Part shown: positions 10,790 to 19,476 of the stretch, one piece after another | Numbering within the stretch: position 1 is the stretch's first letter | Layout: every line of letters begins with the position of its first letter | Assembly: GCF_000012345.1 (NCBI RefSeq) | Contig: NC_007205.1 | Coordinates: 870,001 to 902,000 of the forward strand | Direction: 5' to 3' | Length of the DNA: 32,000 nucleotides | Origin: Candidatus Pelagibacter ubique HTCC1062 | GTDB taxonomy: Bacteria; Pseudomonadota; Alphaproteobacteria; Pelagibacterales; Pelagibacteraceae | The notes under the pieces: model-generated | What the model saw: only the letters and a program-made list of their open reading frames with translations | What the model was told of the DNA's origin: nothing | Database searches by the model: none | Made by a program: the position numbers and the translations under genes

Positions 10790-11230
10790 ATGCTAGATAA
10801 AAAACAAATTGCTAATTTGCTACCTCATAGGGAGCCAATGTTACTAATCGATGAATTGCACGATATTAAAAAACTATCTTCTGCCACAGCTATTGTTTAT
10901 GTAAAAAAAGACAGTTTTTTTGTGCAAGGTCATTTTCCCAATAATCCTGTTATGCCAGGCGTTTTAATTGTAGAAGCATTCGGTCAGGCTGCTGCAGCAT
11001 TAACGGCTCATGGTTTAGATAAAGAAACATATGATAATAAGCTAGTTTTTTTAATGGGTATAGAAAAAGCAAGATTTAGAAATCCTGTAATACCTGATTG
11101 TAAACTAGAATTAAAAATTCAAGCGATCAGAACTCATGGTAGGGTTTGGAAATATAAAGGTGATGCCTTTGTTGATGGAAAAAAAATGGCTGATGCTCAA
11201 TGGTCAGCTACTATCGTTGATAAGAAATAA
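10790..11230 (+). CDS. fabZ: 3-hydroxyacyl-ACP dehydratase FabZ
   Basis: LLPHREPMLLID ... VQGHFPNNPVMPGVLIVEAFGQAAA is the hot-dog dehydratase active-site region. Confidence 0.96.
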   Translation: MLDKKQIANLLPHREPMLLIDELHDIKKLSSATAIVYVKKDSFFVQGHFPNNPVMPGVLIVEAFGQAAAALTAHGLDKETYDNKLVFLMGIEKARFRNPVIPDCKLELKIQAIRTHGRVWKYKGDAFVDGKKMADAQWSATIVDKK

Positions 11231-11271
11231 TCAGCAACAAATCTTGATAACACAGCTTAATTAGCTTTGGT

Positions 11272-11300
11272 AAAAAGGATTTGTGATTAATCCTTTTTTT
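11272..11300 (+). terminator. AT-rich hairpin with T-run between fabZ and lpxD; the lpxD GTG start sits in its loop
   Basis: AAAAAGGATT at 11272-11281 pairs with AATCCTTTTT at 11289-11298 (10 bp, only 2 G-C pairs). The loop TGTGATT contains GTG 11283-11285, and T's continue to 11300. Confidence 0.3.
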
Positions 11301-12263
11301 AAAAATAATGGTCCCCTTAATATATCTGATATTTTACAATTAATAAATCTTGATGACCTTAATATTGATAATGATCAAGAAATTAATGATATTAAAGATC
11401 TACTTACATCAAAAAAAAATGACATTACTTTTTTTCATTCTAAAAAATATAAAAATTTTGCAAAAAATACCAAAGCCTCTTTTTGTTTAACAACTGAGAT
11501 TTTAAAAGACGAATTACCAAAGAGTTGCTTACCATTAATTGTTGAGAATGTTTTGGTTTCAACTTCTAAAGTTACATCAAAGTTTTATCCTTCTTCAATT
11601 AATGATAACTTTGATTATACAGCAAGAGATATAGCTGAAACAAAATTTAAAGATAAAGTAAAATGTGGAAAAAATGTTTTAATTGGTGACAATGTTACCC
11701 TTGGATCTAATTGCTTAATTGGTCATAATTCTATTATTGAACAGAATGTTTCAATTGGTGATAATTGCTCAATAGGATCAAATGTTATTATAAGAAACAC
11801 ATTAATTGATAATAACGTTACAGTTTTAGATAATTGCGTTATTGGTAAGCATGGGTTTGGTTTTTTTCCTGTTAGTAAAAAAAATTTAAGATATCCCCAT
11901 ATTGGAATTGTAATAATTGGTGAAAATTCTGAAATCGGTTGTGGTTGCACTATTGATAGAGGCTCTATGTCTAACACTGTTATTGGAAAAAATTCATTTT
12001 TAGATAATCAAATTCACATTGCTCATAATGTTAAAATTGGAGATAATTCAATTATAGCAGGTCAAGTAGGAATTGCTGGTAGCTCCATCATTGGCAACAA
12101 CGTTCGAATTGGTGGACAAGCTGGGATTTCTGGTCATTTAACTATTGGCAATAATGTTGAAATAGCAGGTGGTAGTGGAGTGATAAAAAACATCAAGGAT
12201 AATTCAAAAGTAATGGGATATCCTGCAAAAAATATTAGAGATTTTTTAAAAGAAAGTAAATGA
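11283..12263 (+). CDS. lpxD: UDP-3-O-acylglucosamine N-acyltransferase
   Basis: GTG start. The N-terminal LpxD-type region (ITFFHSKKYKNFAKNTKASFCL) is followed by long left-handed beta-helix hexapeptide repeats (IGDN.., IGSN..). Confidence 0.93.
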   Translation: MINPFFKNNGPLNISDILQLINLDDLNIDNDQEINDIKDLLTSKKNDITFFHSKKYKNFAKNTKASFCLTTEILKDELPKSCLPLIVENVLVSTSKVTSKFYPSSINDNFDYTARDIAETKFKDKVKCGKNVLIGDNVTLGSNCLIGHNSIIEQNVSIGDNCSIGSNVIIRNTLIDNNVTVLDNCVIGKHGFGFFPVSKKNLRYPHIGIVIIGENSEIGCGCTIDRGSMSNTVIGKNSFLDNQIHIAHNVKIGDNSIIAGQVGIAGSSIIGNNVRIGGQAGISGHLTIGNNVEIAGGSGVIKNIKDNSKVMGYPAKNIRDFLKESK

Positions 12264-13042
12264 TACATAAAACAGCAATTATTGATCCAAAAGCTAAAAT
12301 TAGTGCCAATGTTAGTATTGGAGCTTACGCTTTAATAGGTCCCAATGTTGAAATAGGAGAAAATTCCATAATACAATCACATGTAAGTATTGTTGGACAT
12401 ACCAAAATTGGAACTAATAATAAGATCTATTCATTTGCATCAATTGGAAATGATCCTCAAGATTTAAAATTTGCAGGTGAAGAAACGAAGCTTGAAATTG
12501 GTGACAACAATAAAATTAGAGAATATGTAACCATTAACCCCGGAACTGCTGGCGGTGGTGGAATAACTAAAGTAGGAAATAACTGTTTATTTATGGTTTC
12601 TTCACATATAGCACATGATTGTTTAGTCGAAGATAACGTTATTCTAGCTAACAACGTTCCTTTAGGAGGACACGCTCATATAGAAAGTAATGTCATAATA
12701 GGAGGTAATTCAGCTGTACAGCAGTTTACTAGAGTTGGAAGGTCAGCAATGATAGGAGGAATGTGTGGTGTTGTAAGAGACGTCATACCCTACGGAATTG
12801 CTCATGGTAATCGAAGTGTATTACAAGGATTAAATTTAATAGGTTTAAGAAGAAAGAATATTCCAAATAAAAAAATTTTAAATTTAAGTGATGCCTATAA
12901 AGAAATTTTTAAGGATGAGAATTTAACTCAAAATTTAATCAAACTAGATCAAGATTTTAAAAAGAACGAGCTTGTATTAGAGGTAGTGAATTTTTTAGAG
13001 AAAGATAAAAAAAGACCTATTTGTACACCATTTTCAAAATAA
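12260..13042 (+). CDS. lpxA: acyl-ACP--UDP-N-acetylglucosamine O-acyltransferase
   Basis: MIHKTAIIDPKAKISANVSIGAYALIGPNVEIGE hexapeptide repeats plus the LpxA C-terminal helical domain. There is a 4-nt ATGA overlap with lpxD. Confidence 0.95.
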   Translation: MIHKTAIIDPKAKISANVSIGAYALIGPNVEIGENSIIQSHVSIVGHTKIGTNNKIYSFASIGNDPQDLKFAGEETKLEIGDNNKIREYVTINPGTAGGGGITKVGNNCLFMVSSHIAHDCLVEDNVILANNVPLGGHAHIESNVIIGGNSAVQQFTRVGRSAMIGGMCGVVRDVIPYGIAHGNRSVLQGLNLIGLRRKNIPNKKILNLSDAYKEIFKDENLTQNLIKLDQDFKKNELVLEVVNFLEKDKKRPICTPFSK

Positions 13043-13043
13043 A

Positions 13044-13829
13044 ATGATTGGACTATTTTTAGGAGATACAGATTTTTCAGAAGCTGTTCTTAAAAATATA
13101 AAAAAATTAAATAAAAGATATTTTATAATTGATTTTTCAAAAAATAATAAATTTAAAAACGATATAAACTCTAATCGAATAAGCATTGGTAAGTTTGGTA
13201 AAATAATAGATTTAATTAAAGAAAAAAAATCAAAAAAAGTTTTATTTGCAGGTAAAATTGCAAAACCAAAATTTTCAACATTAAGATTGGACCTTAAAGG
13301 CATTTATTATATGCCTAGTATCTTAAAAGCAGCAAAATTAGGTGATGCAGCAATTATTAAAGCTATAATAAAAATTTTAGATAATGAAAAAATAAAAGTT
13401 CTTAGTTCTGTCTTTTTTAATCCTGAACTAACGGTTAAAAGAGGAAATTATACTAAATTGAAAGCTAATAGAAAGGACATCAACTCTATTAAAATGGGAA
13501 TTACTTACTTTAATAAACTAAAAAGTCTAGACCACGTTCAAGCAATCATTGTTAAAGATAATACTATTCTAGCTATTGAAGACCAGCAGGGAACTAAGAA
13601 AATGTTATCAAAATTAAAGAAAAAATCTGAAGGAATATTGATTAAGCTACCTAAAAAAAAACAGGATTTAAGAATGGATTTACCAACTATTGGCCTTCAA
13701 ACTCTGAAAGATTGTAAAAAATATGGCCTAAAAGGAATAGTATTAAGATCTAAAAAAAATATATTTTTAGATAAAGCTAAATGCATAGCATTTGCTAATA
13801 AAAATAAGATTTTTGTTAAGATTATATGA
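13044..13829 (+). CDS. lpxI: UDP-2,3-diacylglucosamine pyrophosphatase LpxI (DUF1009 family)
   Basis: It sits between lpxA and lpxB as in alphaproteobacteria. The C-terminal DLPTIGLQTLKDCKKYGLKGIVL resembles the LpxI catalytic domain. The N-terminus is more diverged. Confidence 0.8.
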   Translation: MIGLFLGDTDFSEAVLKNIKKLNKRYFIIDFSKNNKFKNDINSNRISIGKFGKIIDLIKEKKSKKVLFAGKIAKPKFSTLRLDLKGIYYMPSILKAAKLGDAAIIKAIIKILDNEKIKVLSSVFFNPELTVKRGNYTKLKANRKDINSIKMGITYFNKLKSLDHVQAIIVKDNTILAIEDQQGTKKMLSKLKKKSEGILIKLPKKKQDLRMDLPTIGLQTLKDCKKYGLKGIVLRSKKNIFLDKAKCIAFANKNKIFVKII

Positions 13830-14962
13830 AAAAAATTTTTATTTTAACGGGCGAACCCTCTGGTGATAAATTAGCCTCAACAGTTATCTCTAAACTTAAA
13901 ATGAATAATCCAAATATTGAATATTTGTCAGTAGGTGGAACACATATTAAAAAATTAGGAATTAAATCTATATTTGATCTCAAAGAGATTACATATCTTG
14001 GTTTTACTAGTGTGCTGTTTAATATCTTCAAAATTAGAAAAAAAATTAACAAAACTGTTGAGGAAATTATAAAATTTAATCCTGATATCTTATTTAGTGT
14101 TGATAGTCCTGATTTCACATTAAGAGTTGCTGAAAAAGTAAAGAATATCAATCACAACATAAAGATAATTCATTATGTCGCTCCTCAGGTATGGGTTTGG
14201 AGAAAAAATAGAGTTAAAAAAATTAAAAAATTTATTGATCACATACTTTTATTATTTAATTTTGAAAAAAAATATTTTGATGAAGAAAATATTAAAAATA
14301 CTTTTGTTGGGCATCCCTTAATTGAAAAAAAAGACAATGTAATCACATCATTAGATAATTTAATTTCTAAAGATAAAAAAATTATATCCTTATTCCCAGG
14401 TAGTAGAAAATCAGAAACAAGTGTTCTTTTACCAATTTTATTAAATTTTATTAAATTGATGAACAAAAAAAAACTTGATCATTTATTTGTTTTTCATGCA
14501 ACAGACGAAAATAAAGAATTTATAATCAATAAAGTAAAAAAAACTAATTTAGATAATATAGATATAATTTCAGATGAAGATATTAAAAATCAGGTTTTAT
14601 CTAATTCAATCTTTGCAGTCTCTAAATCAGGTACAATTTCACTTCAAATTTCTAGTGCCAATATTCCTTCAATAATTATTTATAAATTAGGTTTTATAAA
14701 TTTTATGATATTTAAATTATTAGTTAATGTTAGATTCGCAAACATCATTAATATTATTAATGACAAGGAGGTGATACCTGAATTATTACAAAAAGAATGT
14801 AATGCTGAAGAGATATATAAAACTGTTACATATTTTCTTAAAAACCCAGAGTTAATTGAAAAACAATTAGTTGATTGTAAAAAAACTTTAGAGGGAATTA
14901 AGTCAAAATCTTCTTCATCAAGTGAAGCAGCTTTAATCTTAAATAATTATCTTGTTTCCTAA
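13826..14962 (+). CDS. lpxB: lipid-A-disaccharide synthase
   Basis: KIFILTGEPSGDKLAS (the GE-SGD motif) and FPGSRKSE. There is a 4-nt overlap with lpxI. Confidence 0.94.
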   Translation: MKKIFILTGEPSGDKLASTVISKLKMNNPNIEYLSVGGTHIKKLGIKSIFDLKEITYLGFTSVLFNIFKIRKKINKTVEEIIKFNPDILFSVDSPDFTLRVAEKVKNINHNIKIIHYVAPQVWVWRKNRVKKIKKFIDHILLLFNFEKKYFDEENIKNTFVGHPLIEKKDNVITSLDNLISKDKKIISLFPGSRKSETSVLLPILLNFIKLMNKKKLDHLFVFHATDENKEFIINKVKKTNLDNIDIISDEDIKNQVLSNSIFAVSKSGTISLQISSANIPSIIIYKLGFINFMIFKLLVNVRFANIINIINDKEVIPELLQKECNAEEIYKTVTYFLKNPELIEKQLVDCKKTLEGIKSKSSSSSEAALILNNYLVS

Positions 14963-16342
14963 TCTTCGTTCCACTTCTTCATTCCCCAAAGAAATAATTA
15001 TATCATACAGGCCAGGACCAAATTTTGATCCTGTTAAAGCAATTCTTAGGGGCTGACCTACACCTTTAAAATTAGTTTCATATTTTTTTATTAAATCGTT
15101 AACTATGGGTTCAAGTGTTTCTTTATTTAATGTATTTATTGAAATTAGTTTTTCCTTAAACTCTTTTATGATACTTTTTGCTTTATCATCAATTAATTCT
15201 AAATCTTTATCTTCAAATTTTACATCATCAAAAATTATATATTTAGCATTATTAAATATATCTTCTAATGTTTTTGCTTTATTCTTAAGAAAGATTAATG
15301 AAGGTTTAATTTTTGTTTCTTTTTCAGGTTTAATTTTTTCCTTATAAATTTCACAATATTTTACAAGATGATCGTAAAGTTCATTTTCATTAATAGTTTT
15401 TATATAATGTTCATTCAATGATAATATTCTGCTCATATCTAGTTTTGATGGAGACTTACCAATTCCTTCTAAATTAAAGAGTTCAATGCTTTCTTTTAGT
15501 GTAAATATTTCTTTATCCTGATAAGACCAGCCTAATCTTAATAAGTAATTTCTTAAAGCATCAGGCATTATTCCTATTTTAGAGTAATCGTCCAATGTTG
15601 ATGCATTGTCTCTTTTTGATAGTTTTTTTCCTTCAATAGTATGGATTAATGGAATATGTGCAAAATTAGGAAGATCCCAACTCATTGCTAAATATATTTG
15701 CATTTGCTTGAATGTATTAATTTTATGATCATCACCTCTAATTATATGTGTCATTTTCATTTGATGATCATCTACAGTAGCTGAAAGGTTGTATGTCGGC
15801 GTTCCATCATTTCTTAATATTATAAAATCCTCTATTGTAGTATTCTCAATTTCAACATCTCCTTGCACCAAATCTTTTAGTACTGAAGTTCCTTCAATTT
15901 TAATTTTAAATCTAATTACTGGTTTGATAATTGTAGGTGCATTAGTCTCTTGAAGATCTCTACATTTTCTATTGTAAACATAAGGAAGTTTTTTTTGTCT
16001 TGCTCGTTTTTTTTGCTCTTCTATTTCAGCACTTGAACAATAACATTTATAAGCATGACCATTTTTAAGCAGTTCATTAGCTACATTTACATGATCATTA
16101 ATTTTAGTTGATTGAATGTATTCATCACCATCATGATCAATGCCAATCCATTTTAAAGACTTGATAATTTGAATTTTGTGTTCATCTTTAGATCTTTCCT
16201 TGTCTGTATCTTCAATTCTTAAATGAAAGGTCCCATTTTTATTTTTAGAATATAGCCAATTGAATAAAGCAGTTCTTACACCACCAATATGAAGAGCTCC
16301 AGTAGGAGAGGGAGCAAATCTTGTTGCTACTTTTGACATCAA
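14939..16342 (-). CDS. gltX: glutamate--tRNA ligase
   Basis: RFAPSPTGALHIGGVRTALFNW (HIGH motif) and KLSKR (KMSKS motif). Its 3' end overlaps lpxB by 24 nt, tail to tail. Confidence 0.96.
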   Translation of the reverse strand: MMSKVATRFAPSPTGALHIGGVRTALFNWLYSKNKNGTFHLRIEDTDKERSKDEHKIQIIKSLKWIGIDHDGDEYIQSTKINDHVNVANELLKNGHAYKCYCSSAEIEEQKKRARQKKLPYVYNRKCRDLQETNAPTIIKPVIRFKIKIEGTSVLKDLVQGDVEIENTTIEDFIILRNDGTPTYNLSATVDDHQMKMTHIIRGDDHKINTFKQMQIYLAMSWDLPNFAHIPLIHTIEGKKLSKRDNASTLDDYSKIGIMPDALRNYLLRLGWSYQDKEIFTLKESIELFNLEGIGKSPSKLDMSRILSLNEHYIKTINENELYDHLVKYCEIYKEKIKPEKETKIKPSLIFLKNKAKTLEDIFNNAKYIIFDDVKFEDKDLELIDDKAKSIIKEFKEKLISINTLNKETLEPIVNDLIKKYETNFKGVGQPLRIALTGSKFGPGLYDIIISLGNEEVERRLGNKIII

Positions 16343-16361
16343 TGATTTTTAGACTATTTTC

Positions 16362-17039
16362 TTAGAAGTTTCTATATAAAGATACAAGAACACCTTGAAC
16401 TTTTACTCTATCTGGACCAAATATTTTGGTTTCATAGTTTCTATTAGCACTTTCAAGTGCTACAGTTTTTCCTTTTCTTCTAATTCTTTTCAACATTGCC
16501 TCGTGTTCATCTATTAAAGCTACTACAATTTTACCGTTATCAGCAGTGTCAGATCTTTTTATGATAACAGTATCACCTTCATTAATCCCAGCCTCAATCA
16601 TTGAATCACCTTGAACTTTTAGACCAAAATATTGACCGTTTTTTTCAAGGTTGCTTGGAAGAGGTATACGAGAAACTTCATTTTGTATTGCCTCCACAGG
16701 TGTTCCCGCTGCTATACTACCTAATACAGGTATTTCCATTTCATTTAAGTTAGTATTTTCTGTATCTAGACCACCCTTGATAACACTAGGTGAAAAGCTA
16801 TTGTAAATATCATTAGCAGAAGCTGTTTCAGGAAGTTTTATAACCTCTAAAGCTCTAGCTTTATGAGCTAACCTTCTAATAAAACCTCTTTCTTCTAAGG
16901 CACTTATTAATCTGTGTATTCCTGACTTAGACTTTAAATTTAAAGAATCTTTCATTTCTTCGTATGAAGGAGATACACCTGAGGCTCTCAACTTTTTGTT
17001 GATGAATAAAAGCAGGTTTTTTTGTTTTTTTGTTAGCAT
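16362..17039 (-). CDS. lexA: LexA SOS repressor
   Basis: A winged-helix N-terminus ([34 protein letters not shown]), the Ala-Gly cleavage region [11 protein letters not shown], and an S24 peptidase region with GDSM and a downstream Lys. Confidence 0.95.
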   Translation of the reverse strand: MLTKKQKNLLLFINKKLRASGVSPSYEEMKDSLNLKSKSGIHRLISALEERGFIRRLAHKARALEVIKLPETASANDIYNSFSPSVIKGGLDTENTNLNEMEIPVLGSIAAGTPVEAIQNEVSRIPLPSNLEKNGQYFGLKVQGDSMIEAGINEGDTVIIKRSDTADNGKIVVALIDEHEAMLKRIRRKGKTVALESANRNYETKIFGPDRVKVQGVLVSLYRNF

Positions 17040-17063
17040 AAGAACAAATAAAGTACAAAATCT

Positions 17064-17078
17064 GTTCTACAAGTGTTC
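17064..17078 (-). promoter_or_regulatory. alphaproteobacterial-type SOS (LexA) box, GAAC-N7-GAAC on the lexA strand
   Basis: The + strand reads GTTCtacaagtGTTC at 17064-17078, 25-39 nt upstream of the lexA start at 17039. This matches the direct-repeat GTTC-N7-GTTC operator described for Rhodobacter and Rhizobium LexA. Confidence 0.7.
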
Positions 17079-17127
17079 TTTTAATTCTGCAATAGCTAAA
17101 AAATGTTTAAAATAGGGGCTTATTTTA

Positions 17128-17919
17128 CTAGAGAACGGAAAAAATAGAATTTTTATTTAAATTTTTTAAAAGTGATTCACCAATTAAAAAAGTTTTTATT
17201 TCTGTTTTGTTCTCTAAAGAAAGAAGTTCTTCCTTTGTTTTAATGCCGCTTTCAGAAATTAAAGGGGAGGAGTGATTACTTAAGACGTTATAGATATCAT
17301 AAGTTGTATTAAGATCTGTTTTTAAAGTTTTAAGATTTCTATTATTTATTCCAATTAATGCTTCTTTAAAGTTAAGAGCTTTTTCAGCTTCTTCAATTGT
17401 ATGGACCTCAACAATTATTGACATATTAAGTCTCATTGCTTCTTCATATAATTCATTAGCAAGGTCGTCAGAGACACCAGCTAATATAATTAATATTGCA
17501 TCCGCACCATAACTTTTTGCAAGAGGTACTTGAAACTTATCAATAAAAAAATCTTTACATAAGACAGGTAAATTTATTTTTTCTTTCACTTTACTAATGT
17601 CACTTAGGCTGCCCAAAAAGAAATCTTCTTCAGTAAGAATTGATAAACATGTTGCTTTATTGTTATTGTAGATTTTTGCAATTTCTATAGGGTTATAATC
17701 ATCTATTATAATACCAGCAGATGGGCTTGCCTTTTTTATTTCTGCAATTAGTGAAATTTTATTATTATCAATGTTGTTTTGAATTTTATCTTTAAAGTTA
17801 ATAAATGATTTATTTTGATCTATTTGTTCATTTAAAGAATTTAATGAAATTGATTTTTTTAATAAATCAACTTTTTCAATTTTTTTTTTAATAATTTCCT
17901 CTAGTACATCTTTAGACAT
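17128..17919 (-). CDS. trpC: indole-3-glycerol phosphate synthase
   Basis: LIAEIKKASPSAG, a TIM-barrel pattern, and its position downstream of trpD. Confidence 0.93.
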   Translation of the reverse strand: MSKDVLEEIIKKKIEKVDLLKKSISLNSLNEQIDQNKSFINFKDKIQNNIDNNKISLIAEIKKASPSAGIIIDDYNPIEIAKIYNNNKATCLSILTEEDFFLGSLSDISKVKEKINLPVLCKDFFIDKFQVPLAKSYGADAILIILAGVSDDLANELYEEAMRLNMSIIVEVHTIEEAEKALNFKEALIGINNRNLKTLKTDLNTTYDIYNVLSNHSSPLISESGIKTKEELLSLENKTEIKTFLIGESLLKNLNKNSIFSVL

Positions 17920-18904
17920 TTTGAATTTCCTTTAAGTCATTGTATGTTTTTCCTGACAATATATGTGTTCTTGCTTCGTTATAAGCATCAATAAAAATTG
18001 TATATTTTTCTGAAACGATAAGACCTGCTGCAGCATTTAAACAAACAGCCTTTGAAAAATCATTATCCTCACCTTTAAATATATCTAACATTTTATTTGC
18101 GTTAAATTTTGCATCATCACCAAGTAAATTTTCAAATTTATTTGCACCTATATTTAGTTTTATAGGATCAATTAACATTTCAGAAATTTTACCATCTTTT
18201 AATTGAACAACATTAGTTTTTGAATAAGGTGATATTTCATCCAATCCATCTTCACTATTTACAATCCAGGCAAATTTAATATCTAAATTATTCAAAGCAT
18301 TAGCAAAAATTTTTAATAGTTTTTTATCAAAAACACCAATTACTTGTCTATCAACTAGTGCAGGACTACTTAAGGGACCAATCATATTAAAAATTGTTCT
18401 TTTTCCTATTTTTTTTCGAGTAGGACCAACAAACCTCATTGCACTGTGATAGTTAGGTGCAAACATAAAACCAAAGTTATTTTTTTTAATTTGTTCCTCA
18501 ATATCTTTAGGCTCTAAATCTATCTTTATATTTAAAGCTTCCAAAACATCTCCTGAACCACATTTAGAGGAAACAGCTTTATTACCATGTTTTGCAACCT
18601 TTATCCCCATACTAGATAGAAGTAGTGCTGAAGCGGTTGAAATATTAAGTGTGTTCATACCGTCTCCACCCGTTCCACATGTATCTATACAATCATCAAC
18701 GTTAACTCTTTTAGATTTATCTCTTAATACAAAAACCCCTCCAGCAATTTCATCTGAGCTCTCACCTTTAGATGAAAGTAGAGTTAAAAAATCAAAAATC
18801 TCATCATCTGAAGCTTTGCCATTCATTAGGATTTCAAAAGCATTTTTGCTTTCAGCAAATGATAAATCTTGTTTATCTTTTAATTTATCTATGAAAACTC
18901 TCAT
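17912..18904 (-). CDS. trpD: anthranilate phosphoribosyltransferase
   Basis: DTCGTGGDGMNTLNISTASA and KHGNKAVSSKCGSGDVLE signatures. There is an 8-nt overlap with trpC. Confidence 0.96.
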   Translation of the reverse strand: MRVFIDKLKDKQDLSFAESKNAFEILMNGKASDDEIFDFLTLLSSKGESSDEIAGGVFVLRDKSKRVNVDDCIDTCGTGGDGMNTLNISTASALLLSSMGIKVAKHGNKAVSSKCGSGDVLEALNIKIDLEPKDIEEQIKKNNFGFMFAPNYHSAMRFVGPTRKKIGKRTIFNMIGPLSSPALVDRQVIGVFDKKLLKIFANALNNLDIKFAWIVNSEDGLDEISPYSKTNVVQLKDGKISEMLIDPIKLNIGANKFENLLGDDAKFNANKMLDIFKGEDNDFSKAVCLNAAAGLIVSEKYTIFIDAYNEARTHILSGKTYNDLKEIQNV

Positions 18905-19476
18905 TTACTTTTGTAATTAATAAAATTTTTTAATATTTTAATTCCAATGGTAGTTTTTATACTTTCAGGGTGAAATTGAACACCGTGAATATTATATTCT
19001 TTATGCATTATGCCCATTATAATTCCATCTTCAGTTTCTGCAGTAATTTCAAGATGATCAGATAACGTTTTTTTATCAACTATAAGACTGTGATACCTTG
19101 TAGCTTCAAATTTAGAGGGAAGATTTTTAAGTATACCTATTTTTTTTGATTTTATAAAACTAGTTTTCCCATGCATTAACTTTTTTGCTTGAATAATATT
19201 TGAACCAAAAACTTGACCAATAATTTGATGACCTAAACATACTCCAAGAATTGGTATTTTTCTATAAAGTGCTTTTACTATTTTAATACAATTTCCTGAT
19301 TGATTTGGATTACCTGGTCCTGGTGATATAATAATTCTGTCATATTTAATTTTTAGTATTTGTGTATGGGTGATTTTATCATTTCTAACCACATCAACTT
19401 TAACGCCTAGTGATGATACATAGTGATATAAGTTAAATGTAAAACTATCATAGTTATCTATTAATAAAATTTTCAT
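18901..19476 (-). CDS. trpG: anthranilate synthase component II (glutamine amidotransferase)
   Basis: ILLIDNYDSFTFNLYHY, GVCLGHQ (catalytic Cys) and VQFHPES (His/Glu of the triad). Confidence 0.95.
   Translation of the reverse strand: MKILLIDNYDSFTFNLYHYVSSLGVKVDVVRNDKITHTQILKIKYDRIIISPGPGNPNQSGNCIKIVKALYRKIPILGVCLGHQIIGQVFGSNIIQAKKLMHGKTSFIKSKKIGILKNLPSKFEATRYHSLIVDKKTLSDHLEITAETEDGIIMGIMHKEYNIHGVQFHPESIKTTIGIKILKNFINYKSK

Noticed and set aside
17042-17056. A second possible LexA site, GAAC-N7-GTAC, next to the lexA start.
   Set aside because: The second half-site is imperfect (GTAC rather than GAAC/GTTC) and the orientation logic differs from the direct-repeat consensus. I mention it in the finding but do not call it as a feature.
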